Assembly (NCBI RefSeq): GCF_036365525.1
Contig: NC_090404.1
Coordinates: 12,428,550 to 12,492,549 of the forward strand
Length of the DNA stretch: 64,000 nucleotides
Direction: 5' to 3'
Source: Heterodontus francisci
Taxonomy: Eukaryota
How positions within the stretch are numbered: the stretch's first letter is position 1; every line of letters begins with the position of its first letter. A model generated the notes under the pieces. The model did no database searches, was not told the DNA's origin, and saw nothing but the letters and a program-made list of their open reading frames with translations. The translations under genes were made by a program, and so were the position numbers. Positions 1 through 12,800 of this stretch are shown piece after piece.

Positions 1-1285
1 GCAACATGGTTTTGTGCAGGGAAGGTCATGTCTTACCAACTTAATAGAATTCTTTGAGGAAGTGACAAAGTTGATTGATGAGGGAAGGGCTGTCGATGTC
101 ATATACATGGACTTCAGTAAGGCGTTTGATAAGGTTCCCCATGGCAGGCTGATGGAGAAAGTGAAGGCGCTTGGGGTCCAAGGTGCACTAGCTAGATGGA
201 TAAAGAACTGGCTGGGCAACAGGAGACAGAGAGTAGCAGTAGAAGGGAGTTTCTCAAAATGGAGACGTGTGACCAGTGGTGTTCCACAGGGATCCGTGCT
301 GGGACCACTGTTGTTTGTGATATACATTAATGATTTGGAGGAAAGTATAGGTGGACTGATTAGCAAGTTTGCAGACGACACTAAGATTGGTGGAGTAGCA
401 GATAGTGAAGGGGACTGTCAGAGAATACAGCAGAATATAGATAGATTGGAGAGTTGGGCAGAGAAATGGCAGATGGAGTTCAATCAGGGCAAATGCGAGG
501 TGATGCATTTTGGAAGATCCAATTTAAGAGTGAACTATACAGTAAATGGAAAAGTCCTGGGGAAAATTGATGTCCAGAGAGATTTGGGTGTTCAGGTCCA
601 CTGTTCCCTGAAGGTGGCAACGCAGGTAAATAGAGTGGTCAAGAAGGCATACGGCATGCTTTCCTTCATCGGACGGGGCATTGAGTACAAGAGTTGGCAG
701 GTCATGTTACAGTTGTATAGGACTTTGGTTCGGCCACATTTGGAATACTGCGTACAGTTCTGGTCGCCACATTATCAAAAGGATGTGGATGCTTTGGAGA
801 GGGTGCAGAGGAGGTTCACCAGGATGTTGCCTGGTATGGAGGGCGCTAGCTATGAAGAGAGGTTGAGTAGATTAGGATTATTTTCATTAGAAAGACGGAG
901 GTTGAGGGGGGACCTGATTGAGGTGTACAAAATCATGAGAGGTATAGACAGGGTGGATAGCAAGAGGCTTTTTCCCAGAGTGGGGGTTTCCATTACTAGA
1001 GGACACGAGCTCAAAGTGAAAGGGGAAAAGTTTAGGGGGGATATGCGTGGAAAGTTCTTTACGCAGAGGGTGGTGGGCACCTGGAACGCATTGCCAGCGG
1101 AGGTGGTAGATGCGGGCACGATGGAGTCTTTTAAGATGTATCTAGACAGATACATGAATGGACAGGAAGAAAAGAGATACAGAACCTTAGAAAATAGGCC
1201 ACATGTTTAGAGAGAGGATCTGGATCGGCGCAGGCTTGGAGGGCCGAAGGGCCTGTTCCTGTGCTGTAATTATCTTTGTTCTTTG
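1..1285 (+). mobile_element. CR1-family LINE, 3' part (RT domain and 3' tail), cut by window edge
   Basis: ORF 14-1210 has CR1 RT motifs ([48 protein letters not shown]); tail GGGCCGAAGGGCCTG followed by a TCTTTGT microrepeat. Confidence 0.95.
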
Positions 1286-1289
1286 TAAT

Positions 1290-3220
1290 ACAGGCCCAGT
1301 TTGCCCAATCTCTCTTCATAGTCCTGCCATCCCGCAAGCAAGTCTGGTGAACCTTCGTTGCACTCCCTCTATGGCAATAATATCCTTCCTAAGATAAGGG
1401 GACCAAAACTGCACACAGTACTCCAGGTGCGGTCTAACGAAGGTTCTTTTTGATCGACGCAAGTCTTCATTACTCCTGTACTCAAATCCTCTTGTGACAA
1501 AGGCTAACATACTATTAGCGTTCCTAATTGCTTGCTGCACCTGCATGTTAGCTTTCAGTGACATATTGACAAGGACACCCAGATCCCTTTGCACATGTGC
1601 TCTTTCTAAAGGCTTACCATTTAAGAAATACTCAGCACATCTATTCCTCCTAGCAAAGTGAAGGGCTCACATTTTCCCATATTATATTCCATCAGCCATG
1701 GTCATACCACTCACTACGTCTGTCCAAATCACCTCAGAGCCGCTTTTCATCTTCCTCACCACACACATTCCCAACTAGTTTTGTGTCATCCGCGAACTTG
1801 GAAACACTATATTTGGTCCCCACATCCAAATCATTGATATATATTGTGAACAGCTGGGGCCCATGCACTGATCCCTGCTGTACCCCACTAGTCGCAGCCT
1901 GCCAACTTGAAAATGACCAGTTTATTCCTACTCTGTGCTTTCTGACTGTTAACCAATCCTTAATACATGGCCAGTATATTATCTCCTATCCCACGTGCTC
2001 TAATTTTGCTAACCAACCTCCTGTGGGGGACTTTATCAAATGCCTTCTGAAAATCGAAGTATACCAAGTCCACCGCCTCCCCTCATCAATTCCGTTAGTA
2101 ACATCCTCAAAGAACTCCAACAGGTTCGTCAAACATGATTTCCCATTTATAAATCCATGTGGATTACACCCAATCGGATCATTATTATCCACATTTCCAT
2201 TTATCACATCCTTTAGAATAGATTCTAGCATTTTACCAACGACTGATTTAAGGCTAACAGGTCTGTAATTCCCTGTTTTTTCTCCCTCCCTTCTTAACTT
2301 GTGGGGTGACATATGCGACCTTCCAATCTGCACGAACCGCTCCAGAATCTATAGAATTTTGGAAGATATCACCAATGCATCCTCTATCTCCGTGGCTGCC
2401 TCTTTCAAAAGTCTGGATTGTTGAATATCAGGCTCTGGGGACTTATCAGATTTCAGCCCCATTAATTTCTCCAATACAACCTTCTTACTAATATTAATAT
2501 CCTTCAATTCTTCATTCTCCCGAATCCCTTGGATCTCCAATTCTGGGAGATTTCTTGTATCTTCTTCAGTGTAGACAGACACAAAGTAATCTTTTATCTT
2601 CTCTGCCATTTCTCTATTCCCCATTATAAATTCTCCTGACTCTGTCTGCAATGGACCTACATTTGTCTTCGCCAAATGTTTTCTTTTTAGGTACCTCTCG
2701 AAGCTTCTACAGTCCGTTTTTATATTTGTGCTAGCTTACATTCATATTCTATTCTCCCTTTCTTTATCAGTACCTTGGTTCTCCTATGCTGTATTCTAAA
2801 CTCCTCCCAATCCACAGTTTTACTCGTATTTCTGGCAAATTTATAGGCCTTCTCTTTTAATCATACACAATCCGTAACTTATTATGTTATCCATGGTTGA
2901 CTGCCTTTACATTTAGGGATTTTGTGCCATGAAGTAATGAACAGTTGTTGTAAATTGTAATATTTCTTTAAAGACTATCCATTTCCTATGTACTGTCATA
3001 CCTTTTTATGTATTTTCTCAATCCACCTCAGCCAATTTGCCCCTCATACCTTCATAATTTCTTGGTTCAAATTTAACACCCTCACCTTCAAACATAATGT
3101 AAAATTCAATCATAGTAAGGTCACTCATCCCTAAAGGTTCTTTTACAACAAGATTATTAATTAGCCCTTTCGCATTACACAATAGTAGATCTAAAATAGC
3201 CTGTTCTCTAGTCGGTAACA
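1290..3220 (-). mobile_element. degenerate CR1 LINE ORF2 fragment
   Basis: Broken minus-strand ORFs with RPHLEYCVQFWSP, NYRPVSL, HGFINGKSCLTNL, LDL and SD(H). Confidence 0.9.
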
Positions 3221-3224
3221 CTTG

Positions 3225-3856
3225 TACCTGAGGAGCCAGACAATGACCGTCTGCAACAAGAGAGAATCTAGACATCTCCCTTTGACATTCAACGGCATTA
3301 CCATCGCTAAATCCCCCACCATCAACATCCTGAGTGTTCACATTGACCAGAAAACTAACTGGACTAGCCATGTAAATACTGAGGCTGCACGAGCAGGTCA
3401 AAGGCTGGGAATGCTGTGGCGAGTAATTCACCTCCTGACTTTCGAAAGGCTGTCCACCATCTACAAGGTGCAAGTCAGGAGTGTGAAGGAATACTCTACA
3501 CTTGCCTGGATGAGTGCATCTCCAACACCATTCAAGAAGCTCGACACCATCCAGGACAAAGCAGCCCGCTTGATTGGCACCCGATCCATCACCTTGGTTA
3601 TTTAGTTAACCCAGCACCAAGGCACAGTGACAGCAGTGTGTACCATCTACAAGATGCACTGCAGCAACTTGCCAAGGCTCCTTCAGCAGCACCACCGTTG
3701 CTTGGTCAAAATCCTGGAACTCCCTTCCTAAGAATACTATGGGTGTATCTGCACCAGATGGCCTGTTCAAAAAACCATCTTCTCAAGGGCAATTAGGGAT
3801 GGGATGCAAATGCTGCCCTGATCTGAGACCCTCACATCCCATGAAAGAATAAAAAA
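3225..3856 (+). mobile_element. non-CR1 LINE 3' fragment (L2/Crack-like RT C-terminus)
   Basis: ORF 3222-3605 (IYKVQVRSVKEY..AW..KLDTIQDKAARLI); the same family recurs at 19403-20152, 40190-40950 and 42110-42455; clade assignment is tentative. Confidence 0.75.
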
Positions 3857-4545
3857 GACTGAGAGAGTGCTGCTGAGCGGAGACAGTCTCTGAGCAGCTT
3901 GGAGATCGAATCTGGGCCATCACAGGAGGTGGTGACTGCTCATCAATCAAAGATAGATTCAAGCAAAGAAAGGGAAAGAAGAAATTCTACTGGTCTCCGT
4001 GAAAACAGGCGGACAATAAATTTAACACCTAGAGTGATATATCAGACGGAAGAAAGTTTTTTTTTTATAATAGAAAGGACAGACGTTTGAAATATAGCGC
4101 CATTCACGGCCTCAGAACGTTCAAAAGCACCTTACAGCCAAAGAAGCCCCTTGCAGGTGTAGTGGATGTCCCAGTGCAAGAAATATTATTTACACAGAGT
4201 GAGGTGAGAAGGTTTAATTGTCTGACAGAAAGTTTTGCCAATCTGAATCCTTTGGAGGACTGAAGGGATTTGGAAGTCCAGGAACTTCCCAGATAGTTTC
4301 AATTTATGTTCAATAATGAAGCAACATCCGGTCACAAAACAATCGATACATTTGCTTGCCTGCTTGTCTGTTTATGTATTATTAAGTACCATTTTGAACG
4401 GGAAAATTTGTTATCCTTCATCTTCGGACTATAGAGTGACAGTGGATTCATGAAAAATATTGCTTACATCAGTTCACTATCTCAGTCAACTATGCCGTAA
4501 CACCTGTAATTTGCTATCGCTGTAAATACACTGCCATGTGCGGTG

Positions 4546-4660
4546 TCACCACACAGAAGTATTTCCTGTAATCTCCAGCTGTCACCTGTGAAACCAATAA
4601 AAACTGACGGGTCGACAAGATTTGGCCAAAGATGAGGTACTGGAGCGCCATCCAGTGACA
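4546..4660 (-). pseudogene. TCR V-segment relic (FR2-FR3 with internal deletion)
   Basis: Minus frame reads ALQYLIFGQILSTRQFLLVSQVTAGDYRKYFCVV, followed by a degenerate heptamer CACCGCA (4545-4539) and a weak nonamer ~23-24 bp away. Confidence 0.4.
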
Positions 4661-4988
4661 TCAGGGGGTAAATGGAATTCTGTCTGTGAAACATTTGGAT
4701 TCTCAATTTATTCGTGAAACTGCTGCATGATCATGTTGAACTGTTATTATATTAGTGAACTATAATTGTCATTGTTTATGTTTATTATCACTCCAGTTGC
4801 TGCAATTTTATTGTTTTACTGTTACTACCGTTAATATTTTGTATTAATTCTGAGATTTCGTGTCTCAGTTTTCTGTTGTGCCCAAGTCACTAACACACTA
4901 CATGCTCGTTTGCATACATTACACGGACTTCACGTTAATAATTGCTCAATTTATCTGACTGGATGTTTAATTGCATAAGTGCTGAGTG

Positions 4989-5088
4989 GTGGGAGGCACA
5001 GTGGTTAGCACCGCAACCTCACAACTCCAAACACCCGGGTTCGATTCTGGGTGCTGCCTGTGTAGAGTTTGCAAGTTCTTCCTGTAAC
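4989..5088 (+). mobile_element. tRNA-derived SINE 5' fragment (HE1-like)
   Basis: GGCACAGTGGTTAGCAC A-box and GGTTCGATTC B-box; matches the head of the SINEs at 9289, 39394, 48420 and 49278. Confidence 0.8.
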
Positions 5089-5262
5089 CATATACACTGT
5101 TGTATCAAACACTTTCAGAGCAGCTGCACTATGGGTTCGATACAGAGCAAAACTCCATTTTCAATGTTCCAGCAAACTCTCTGAGTGCAGGTACACCACG
5201 GGTCAGATACAGAGTAACTCCCTCTGCACTGTCCCATCAATCACTCCAGGGCAGATACAGCA
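5089..5262 (+). repeat. degenerate ~68-bp tandem repeat (~2.5 copies)
   Basis: Repeated GATACAGAG..AACTCC...CACTGT...ATCAA..ACT unit. Confidence 0.55.
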
Positions 5263-5520
5263 CGAGAGGCTGTGCCTGGATCGGGCAGGATTATGCATAA
5301 AATTGTGAAAAGTAAACGTATTTCCAAGTAAACAGTACGTTATTTTATTGTATTAAAAATAATTATACTGATGATGCAATTTACTCATTTAAATGATCTT
5401 ATTGTTGATTTTACTTGTATCGCACAAGCTTCTGTCACCTGTGAACTGCTGCTCTCCTCACCTCACACCCCATGCTCAGTGAGTTATTGTACAGGTTGTT
5501 CATCTCTATGTTTCACCATG

Positions 5521-5799
5521 TCTCACTAAGCTGTAATAGACCGCAGCGTCCGACTGCCGAGTTGTGTTAACGCTGAGTTGTGGAGCCTTTCTCACTGCCC
5601 GCAGATAATTTAAACCTTCTCTTAACTCTTTCATCTCTGAATGTGGAGATGAGATATTAGGGAGCTTGGTTGGAGAACTGCCCGTACTAGAATACAAAAT
5701 CACTTCTAGCGAAAGTAGCGTTGGGCTGAAGTGAAATGTTTTGTCCTTCGGTTCCTTGATGCTCCGACATCTGGAATGTCTCTGAGTGGCAAGGTACAC
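5521..5799 (-). pseudogene. TCR alpha/delta V pseudogene with 23-RSS
   Basis: Acceptor TTTGACAG at 5800; reads ..EGQNISLQPNATFARSDFVF*YGQFSNQAP*YLIS, then a frameshift to ..QSDAAVYYSLVR (both canonical Cys lost); RSS CATGGTG (5520-5514), 23-bp spacer, ACAATAACT (5490-5482). Confidence 0.85.
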
Positions 5800-5904
5800 C
5801 TGTCAAAGCAAGAACAAAAATTAATAGAATTATACATAAAAGGAGAATTCAACGCAGTGTGGTGGATACGGGCAAAATTGACTCATATACGCATTCTTCT
5901 GTCG

Positions 5905-6130
5905 ATCTATCTACCTATTTGTTGGTCTATCTATCGAAATATCTATCTATTTGCATATCTATCTACCTAGCTATTTCTATCTTTCTATCTATATATATTA
6001 ATCTATCTCACTCTTTCTCTTGCTCTACTTATCTATAGATGTATCCACGTATCTATATCTATCTCTCTAGCTGTATATATTAATCTATCCTCCTCTCGCT
6101 CTTCTTGTATTTATCTATCTATCTATCTCG
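5905..6130. repeat. degenerate (TATC)n microsatellite
   Basis: Direct inspection. Confidence 0.85.
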
Positions 6131-7043
6131 ATTGGTGTGATGCAGGAAGATTTGATCTTTGTTTATTTCTATCCCAAATGGTGAGCACGGTCTGAAATCA
6201 TCGAATTTTACAGCATTGTTCCAAACCTTATTTATCTGAACCTCTCAATGTTCCTCCTTGCTTACTCCCCCCACCCCACCACTGTGGTTGACAGGGCCCT
6301 CAACCGTGTCCGACCCATTTCCCGTACTTTTGCCTTCACCCCTTCCCCTCCCTCCCAGAATCGTGACAGAGGTCCCCTTGTCCTCACTTTCCACCCCACC
6401 AGCCTCCACATACAAAGGATTATCCTCCGCCATTTCTGCCACCTCCAGCATGATGCCACCACCAAACACATTTTCCCCTCCTCTCCCCTATCAGCATTCT
6501 GAAGGGATCATTCCCTCAACGACATCCTGGTCCACTCCACCATCGCCACCGACACCTCGGCCCCTTCCCTCTGCACCTTCCCGCGCAATTGCAGGAGGTG
6601 TAATACCTGCCCTTTTACCTCCTGTCTCCTCACCGTCCAGGGCCCCAAACACTCCTTCCAGGTGAATCAGCAATTTGCTTGTACTTTCTTCAAATTAGTA
6701 TACTGTATTCGTTGCTCACAATGTGGTCGCCTCTGTATTGGGGAGACCAAATGTATATTCGGTGACTGCTTGGCGGAACACCTCCACTCAGTCCGAAAGC
6801 ATGACCCCGAGCTTCCGGTCTCTTGCCATTTCAACACCCGCCCCTGCTCTCATGCCAACAGTTATGGCTTTGGGCTGCTCCAATGTTCCAGTGAACATCA
6901 ACGCAAGCTCGAGGAGCAGCACCTGATCTTTCGATTAGGTCCTCTACAGCCATGCAGACTGAACATTGAGTTCAATAACTTCACAGCATGACAGGCCTTT
7001 TCTTTATATTTTTATATTTTTTATTTTATTTTATTTTTCAACC

Positions 7044-7579
7044 TTTTCTTTGGCATCCTTATCTCGAGAGACAATGGGTAAGCGCCTGGAGGTGGTCAGT
7101 GGTTTGTGGAGCAGCGCCTGGAGTGGATATAAAGGCCAATTCTAGAGTGACAGGCTCTTCCACGGGTGATGCAGAAAAATTTGTTTGTCAGGGCTGTTAC
7201 ACAGTTGGCTCTCCCCTTGCGCTTCTGTCTTTTTTCCTGCTAACTGTGACGTCTTTTCGACTCGCCACACTTTAGCCCCGCCTTATTGGCTGCCCGCCAG
7301 CTCTGGTGAACGCCAGCAACTGACTCCCACGTCTTGTGATCAATGTCACAGGACTTCATGTCGCGTTTGCAGACGTCTTTAAAGTGGAGACATGGACGGC
7401 CGGTGGGTCTGATACCAGTGGCGAGCTCGCTGTACAATGTGTCTTTGGGGATCCTGCCATCTTCCATGCGGTTCACATGGCCAAGCCATCTCAAGCGCCG
7501 CTGACTCAGTAGTGTGTATAAGCTGGGGATGTTGGCTGTCTCGAGGACTTCAGTGTTGGAGATACGGTCCTGCCACCTG
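7044..7579 (-). mobile_element. RTE-clade LINE 3' fragment with 11-bp target-site duplication
   Basis: ORF RWLGHVNRMEDGRIPK..LYSEL..G.RP.GRP..FKD..KRD; TSD ATTTTTCAACC at 7033-7043 and 7580-7590. Confidence 0.85.
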
Positions 7580-7841
7580 ATTTTTCAACCATGTGCCTGT
7601 TTTTCTTCTGGGCAGGGCTGTTCATTATTCCACTGTTAACACTCTTTCTGAACTGATGCTTTGTCTTTCACCACAAGCATATACACATTCTTTGCCTTTG
7701 GCCCAGGACAGCTTTGTTATTTAATATCTCTGGCCCTCTGCCCTATAACACACCTCTCAGTTTGTATTCTCCCCGCCCCCACCCCCCACCCCCACCACCT
7801 TCTTCACTTGATTAAAACCTAATTATTTTCTAACTTTTGCC

Positions 7842-7878
7842 AGTTCTGATGAAAGATCACTGACCTGAAACGTTAACT
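7842..7878 (+). ncRNA. minimal type-I hammerhead ribozyme motif
   Basis: AGTT-CTGATGA-A-AGATCA c TGACCT-GAAA-C-GTT-AACT: stem I AGTT/AACT, CUGANGA and GAAA core, palindromic AACGTT stem III. Confidence 0.7.
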
Positions 7879-9288
7879 CTGCTTCTCTCTCCACAGTTGC
7901 TGCCAGACCTGCTGAGTATTTCCAGCACGTTCTCTTGTTATTTCCGATTTGCAGTATTTTTCTTTTCTTAACTTGATTAGAGGTCATAGAAACCTTACCT
8001 GAGTTTCTCTCTCCATAGATGCTGCCAGACCTGCTGCGTATTTCCAGCACTTACTGTTTTTATTTTAAACTCGTTCTCGGGATGTTGCTGTTGCTGGCAA
8101 TGCCGGCATTAATTGATTATCCCTACCTACCCCTGATGACTATCTAAACCTCCTTAATTGGGTTTTTAACAATGCAACCCATTATCTTTTATTTGTCTTG
8201 GTGAAATCACTACAACATTCAAGAAGCTCGACACCATCCAGAATAAATCAGCCCGCTTGATTGGCACCTCATCCACAAACATTCACTCCCTCCACCCCCG
8301 ATACACAGTGGCTGCAGTGTGTACCTAACATAATTTGTCTCAGAATCCGCCTGCATCGTTGGTCAATTCAGTAATCGACATTTCAATTTACCCGTGCCTG
8401 CTAAAGGCGGTCGGCTCTTCGAGTTTTGTTCCTCAGCATCCAATAATCAGACCCGATATTCCGTCTGGTTGGACTTGGTAAACGGCAAAAACGATTGGTG
8501 TCTATTCACTCTGATGTCGTAGTCATTTTCTCGCAATATGTGCAAAGCCAACCTTTTATCCTCTTGGACTCTGTGTTGAAATGTGACCCAGGCGAAGTGG
8601 ACAGAGGCTTCGTTTTGTCATGGGGTGACTAGTGTGAAAAGTGTCAGAAAGTTTAACCTATTAGGCACCAGGGGCTATCGAATCCCAAGGGGAAAAATAC
8701 AAGCAAGTGTAGCTGATGAAACAGAATAGAAACGTGCAAAGTATTGCACACAAGAAAGGAAATGGAGAACACATAGTCCTCCTGAGTGGTGTTGGAATAG
8801 CTATAGGTGAATGTGAAAGAGAGCCGAGAGTCCAGAGGCCTCGCATTTACAGGAATGCAGTGGAGAACACGTGGGATACTCGCCACAGTCAGGGTTCTCT
8901 TTGTTTGGGGATATTCACATTGACAGGGCAAAACAGAAGTAATATTTGTTGACGCTGTTTCCAACGCCCAGCTGTCCAGTGCATAGACAATGCAAGTGAG
9001 AGGAAATTACTTCAATCATAATGTACTCATTGCAAATGGTATAATTCCACTTCTCTATATGAACCGTGTTATTCCCAGGCTGGGAAAAGGATTGGTCGTG
9101 TTATTATTTAGCTACAAATGCCTTTACCACTCAGCTGAGTTTAGCTATAGGGGTGAAAGCAGATGTTGGATGACATAGAAAAATTCCACCCATTCCGAAT
9201 TGAAATTCTCAATAGCAAGTGTTTTTATTTCGAAACTGTCAGCATGACGTAACCAGCTCATTTGCGGTTAGATAATGTGTGAAATTAT

Positions 9289-9651
9289 TAGTTTAGTTTT
9301 TAGTTTAGTTTAGAGATACAGCACTGAAACATGCCCTTCGGCCCACCGAGTCTGTGCCGACCATCAACCACCCATTTATATTAATCCTACACTAATCCCA
9401 TATTCCTACCACATCCCCACCTGTCCCTATATATTTCCCTACCACCTACCTATACTAGGGGCAATTTATAATGGCCAACTAACCTATCAACCTGCAAGTC
9501 TTTGGCATGTGGGAGGAAACCGGAGCACCTGGAGGAAACCCACGCAGACACAGGGAGAACTTGGAAACTCCGCACAGGCAGTACCCAGAATCGAACCCGG
9601 GTCCCTGGAGCTGTGAGGCTGCAGTGCTAACCACAGCGCCACTGTGCCACC
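9289..9651 (-). mobile_element. full-length tRNA-derived SINE (HE1-like) with CR1-type tail
   Basis: A/B boxes at the 9651 end; tail GGGCCGAAGGGC..CAGTGCTGTATCTC(TAAAC)n. Confidence 0.9.
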
Positions 9652-9802
9652 TATTATTGTGCTAGTGAAGATATGATACTAATGAATATAAATGTAAGAG
9701 TTGAAAATCAATCTCTTGTCAATTTATGTAAAATCTAATGTTAGCCAGTATTAGTTGAGGTAACAGGACCGGTGGTGGTGCACAGCGGCCTGTCAGCGCC
9801 AT

Positions 9803-12800
9803 CCATAGTTAGGGGAACAGATAGGAGGTTCTGTGGGAACGAGAGAGACTCACGGTTGGTGTGTTGCCTCCCAGGTGCCAGGGTACGTGATGTCTCCGAT
9901 CGTGTTTTTGGGATCCTTAAGGGGGAGGGGGAGCACCCCCAAGTCGTGGTCCACATAGGCACCAACGACATAGGTAGGAAGAGAGATGGGGATTTAAGGC
10001 AGAAATTCAGGGAGCTAGGGTGGAAGCTTAGAGCGAGAACAACCAGAGTTGTTATCTCTGGGTTGTTGCCTGTGCCACGTGCTAGCGAAGAGAGGAATAG
10101 GGAGAGAGAGGAGTTGAACACGTGGCTGCAGGGATGGTGTAGGAGGGAGGGTTTTGGTTTCCTGGATAATTGGGGCTCTTTCTGGGGTAGGTGGGACCTC
10201 TACAAACAGGATGGTCTTCACCTGAACCAGAGGGGTACCAATATCCTGGGGGGGAGATTTGTTAGTGCTCTTCGGGGGGGTTTAAACTAAATCAGCAGGG
10301 GAATGGGAACCTAAATTGCAGTGCCAGTGTACAGGCTGTTGAGAGTAGTGAGGTAGGGGATAAGGTTACAGGGACGCAAGAGGGCACTGGCAAGCAAGAA
10401 CTTGGTTTAAAGTGTGTCTACTTCAACGCCAGGAGCATCCGGAATAAGGTGGGTGAACTTGCAGCATGGGTTGGTACCTGGGATCCTGATGTTGTGGCCA
10501 TTTCGGAGACATGGGTAGAGCAGGGGCAGGAATGGATGTTGCAGGTTCCGGGATTTAGATGTTTCAGAAAGAACAGAGAAGAGGGTAAAAGAGGGGGGGG
10601 GTGTGGCATTGTTAATCAAGGAAAGTATTACAGCGGCAGAAAGGACGTTTGAGGACTCGTCTACTGAGGTAGTCTGGGCCGAGGTTAGAAACAGGAGAGG
10701 AGAGGTCACCCTGTTGGGAGTTTTCTATAGACCTCCGAATAGTTCCAGAGATGTAGAGGAAAGGATAGCGAAGATGATTCTCGACAGGAGCGAGAGTAAC
10801 AGGGTAGTGGTTATGGGGGACTTTAACTTTCCAAATATTGACTGGAAATACTATAGTTCGAGTACTTTAGATGGGTCTGTTTTTGTCCAGTGTGTGCAGG
10901 AGGGTTTTCTGACACAGTATGTGGACAGGCCAACCAGGGGCGATGCCACATTGGATTTGGTACTGGGTAATGAACCCGGCCAGGTGTTTGATTTAGATGT
11001 AGGTGAGCACTTTGGCGATAGTGATCACAATTCGGTTAGGTTTACCTTAGCGATGGGCAGGGACAGGTATATACCGCAGGGCAAGAATTATAGCTGGGGG
11101 AAAGGAAATTATGACGCGATTAGGCAAGATTTAGGATGTGTAGGATGGGGAAGGAAACTGCAGGGGATGGGCACAAACGAAATGTGGAGCTTATTCAAGG
11201 AGCAGCTAATGCGTGTCCTTGATAAGTATGTACCTGTCAGGCAGGGAGGAAGTTGTCGAGCAAGGGAGCCGTGGTTTACTCAAGAAGTTGAAGCGCTTGT
11301 CAAGAGGAAGAGGGCGGCTTATGTTAGGATGAGACGTGAAGGCTCAGTTAGGGCGCTTGAGAGTTACAAGCTAGCCAGGAAGGATCTAAAGGGAGGGCTA
11401 AGAAGAGCAAGGAGAGGACACGAGAAGTCATTGGCGGATAGGATCAAAGAAAACCCTAAGGCTTTCTATAGGTATATCAGGAATAACCGAATGATAAGAG
11501 TTAGAACAGGGCCAATCAAGGATAGTAGTGGGAAGTTGTGTGCGGAATCAGAGGAGATAGGGGAAGCGTTAAATGAATATTTTTCGTCAGTATTTACAGT
11601 AGAGAAAGAAAATGTTGCCGAGGAGATTACTGAGATACAGCCTACTAGGCTAGATGGGATTGAGATTCACAAGGAGGAGGTGTTAGCAATTTTGGAAAGA
11701 GTGAAAATAGATAAGTCCCCTGGGCCAGATGGGATTTATCCTAGGATTCTCTGGGAAGCCAGGGAGGAGATTGCAGAGCCGTTGTTGTTGATCTTTAAGT
11801 CGTCATTGTCGACAGGAGTAGTGCCGGAGGACTGGAGGATAGCAAATGTTGTCCCCTTGTTCAAGAAGGGGAGTAGAGACAGCCCTGGTAATTATAGACC
11901 TGTGAGCCTTACTTCGGTTGTGGGTAAAATGTTGGAAAAGGTTATAAGAGACAGGATTTATAATCATCTTGAAAAGAATAAGTTCATTTGCGATAGTCAG
12001 CACGGTTTTGTGAAAGGTAGGTCGTGCCTCACAAACCTTATTGAGTTTTTCGAGAAGGTGACCAAACAGGTGGATGAGGGTAAAGCCGTGGATGTGGTGT
12101 ATATGGATTTCAGTAAGGCGTTTGATAAGGTTCCCCACGGTAGGCTATTGCAGAAAATACGCAAGTATGGGGTTGAAGGTGATTTAGAGCTTTGGATCAG
12201 AAATTGGCTAGCTGAAAGAAGACAGAGGGTGGTGGTTGATGGCAAATGTTCATCCTGGAGTTTAGTTACTAGTGGTGTACCGCAAGGTTCTGTTTTGGGG
12301 CCACTGCTGTTTGTCATTTTTATAAACGACCTGGATGAGGGTGTAGAAGGGTGGGTTAGTAAATTTGCGGATGACACGAAGGTCGGTGGAGTTGTGGATA
12401 GTGTCGAAGGGTGTTGTAGGGTACAGAGGGACATAGATAGGCTGCAGAGCTGGGCTGAGAGATGGCAAATGGAGTTTAATGCGGAGAAGTGTGAGGTGAT
12501 TCACTTTGGAAGGAGTAACAGCAATGCAGAGTACTGGGCTAATGGGAAGATTCTTGGTAGTGTAGATGAGCAGAGAGATCTTGGTATCCAGGTACATAAA
12601 TCCCTGAAAGTTGCTACCCAGGTTAATAGGGCTGTTAAGAAGGCATATGGTGTGTTAGCCTTTATTAGTAGGGGGATCGAGTTTCAGAGCCACGGGGTCA
12701 TGATGCAGCTGTACAAAACTCTGGTGAGGCCGCACCTGGAGTATTGCATGCAGTTCTGGTCACCGCATTATAGGAAGGATGTCGAAGCTTTGGAAAGGGT

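Larger units (their letters stand above)
6243..7960 (+). mobile_element. Penelope-like retroelement 3' part (GIY-YIG endonuclease and terminal region), interrupted by an RTE fragment
   Basis: ORF 6662-6991 (LVYCIRCSQCGRLCIGETK...HFN...EQHLIFRLG..QP..LN) is a Penelope GIY-YIG domain; hammerhead motif at 7842-7878. Confidence 0.85.

Noticed and set aside
8325-8990. Non-repetitive stretch with vague Ig-like peptides on the minus strand
   Set aside because: No Cys/Trp framework, RSS or consistent frame could be recovered.
11803-12597. Recurrent antisense ORFs over CR1 RT (also at 254-508, 51416-52041 and 63146-63692)
   Set aside because: Shadow frames of the CR1 RT, repeated only because the elements are near-identical.
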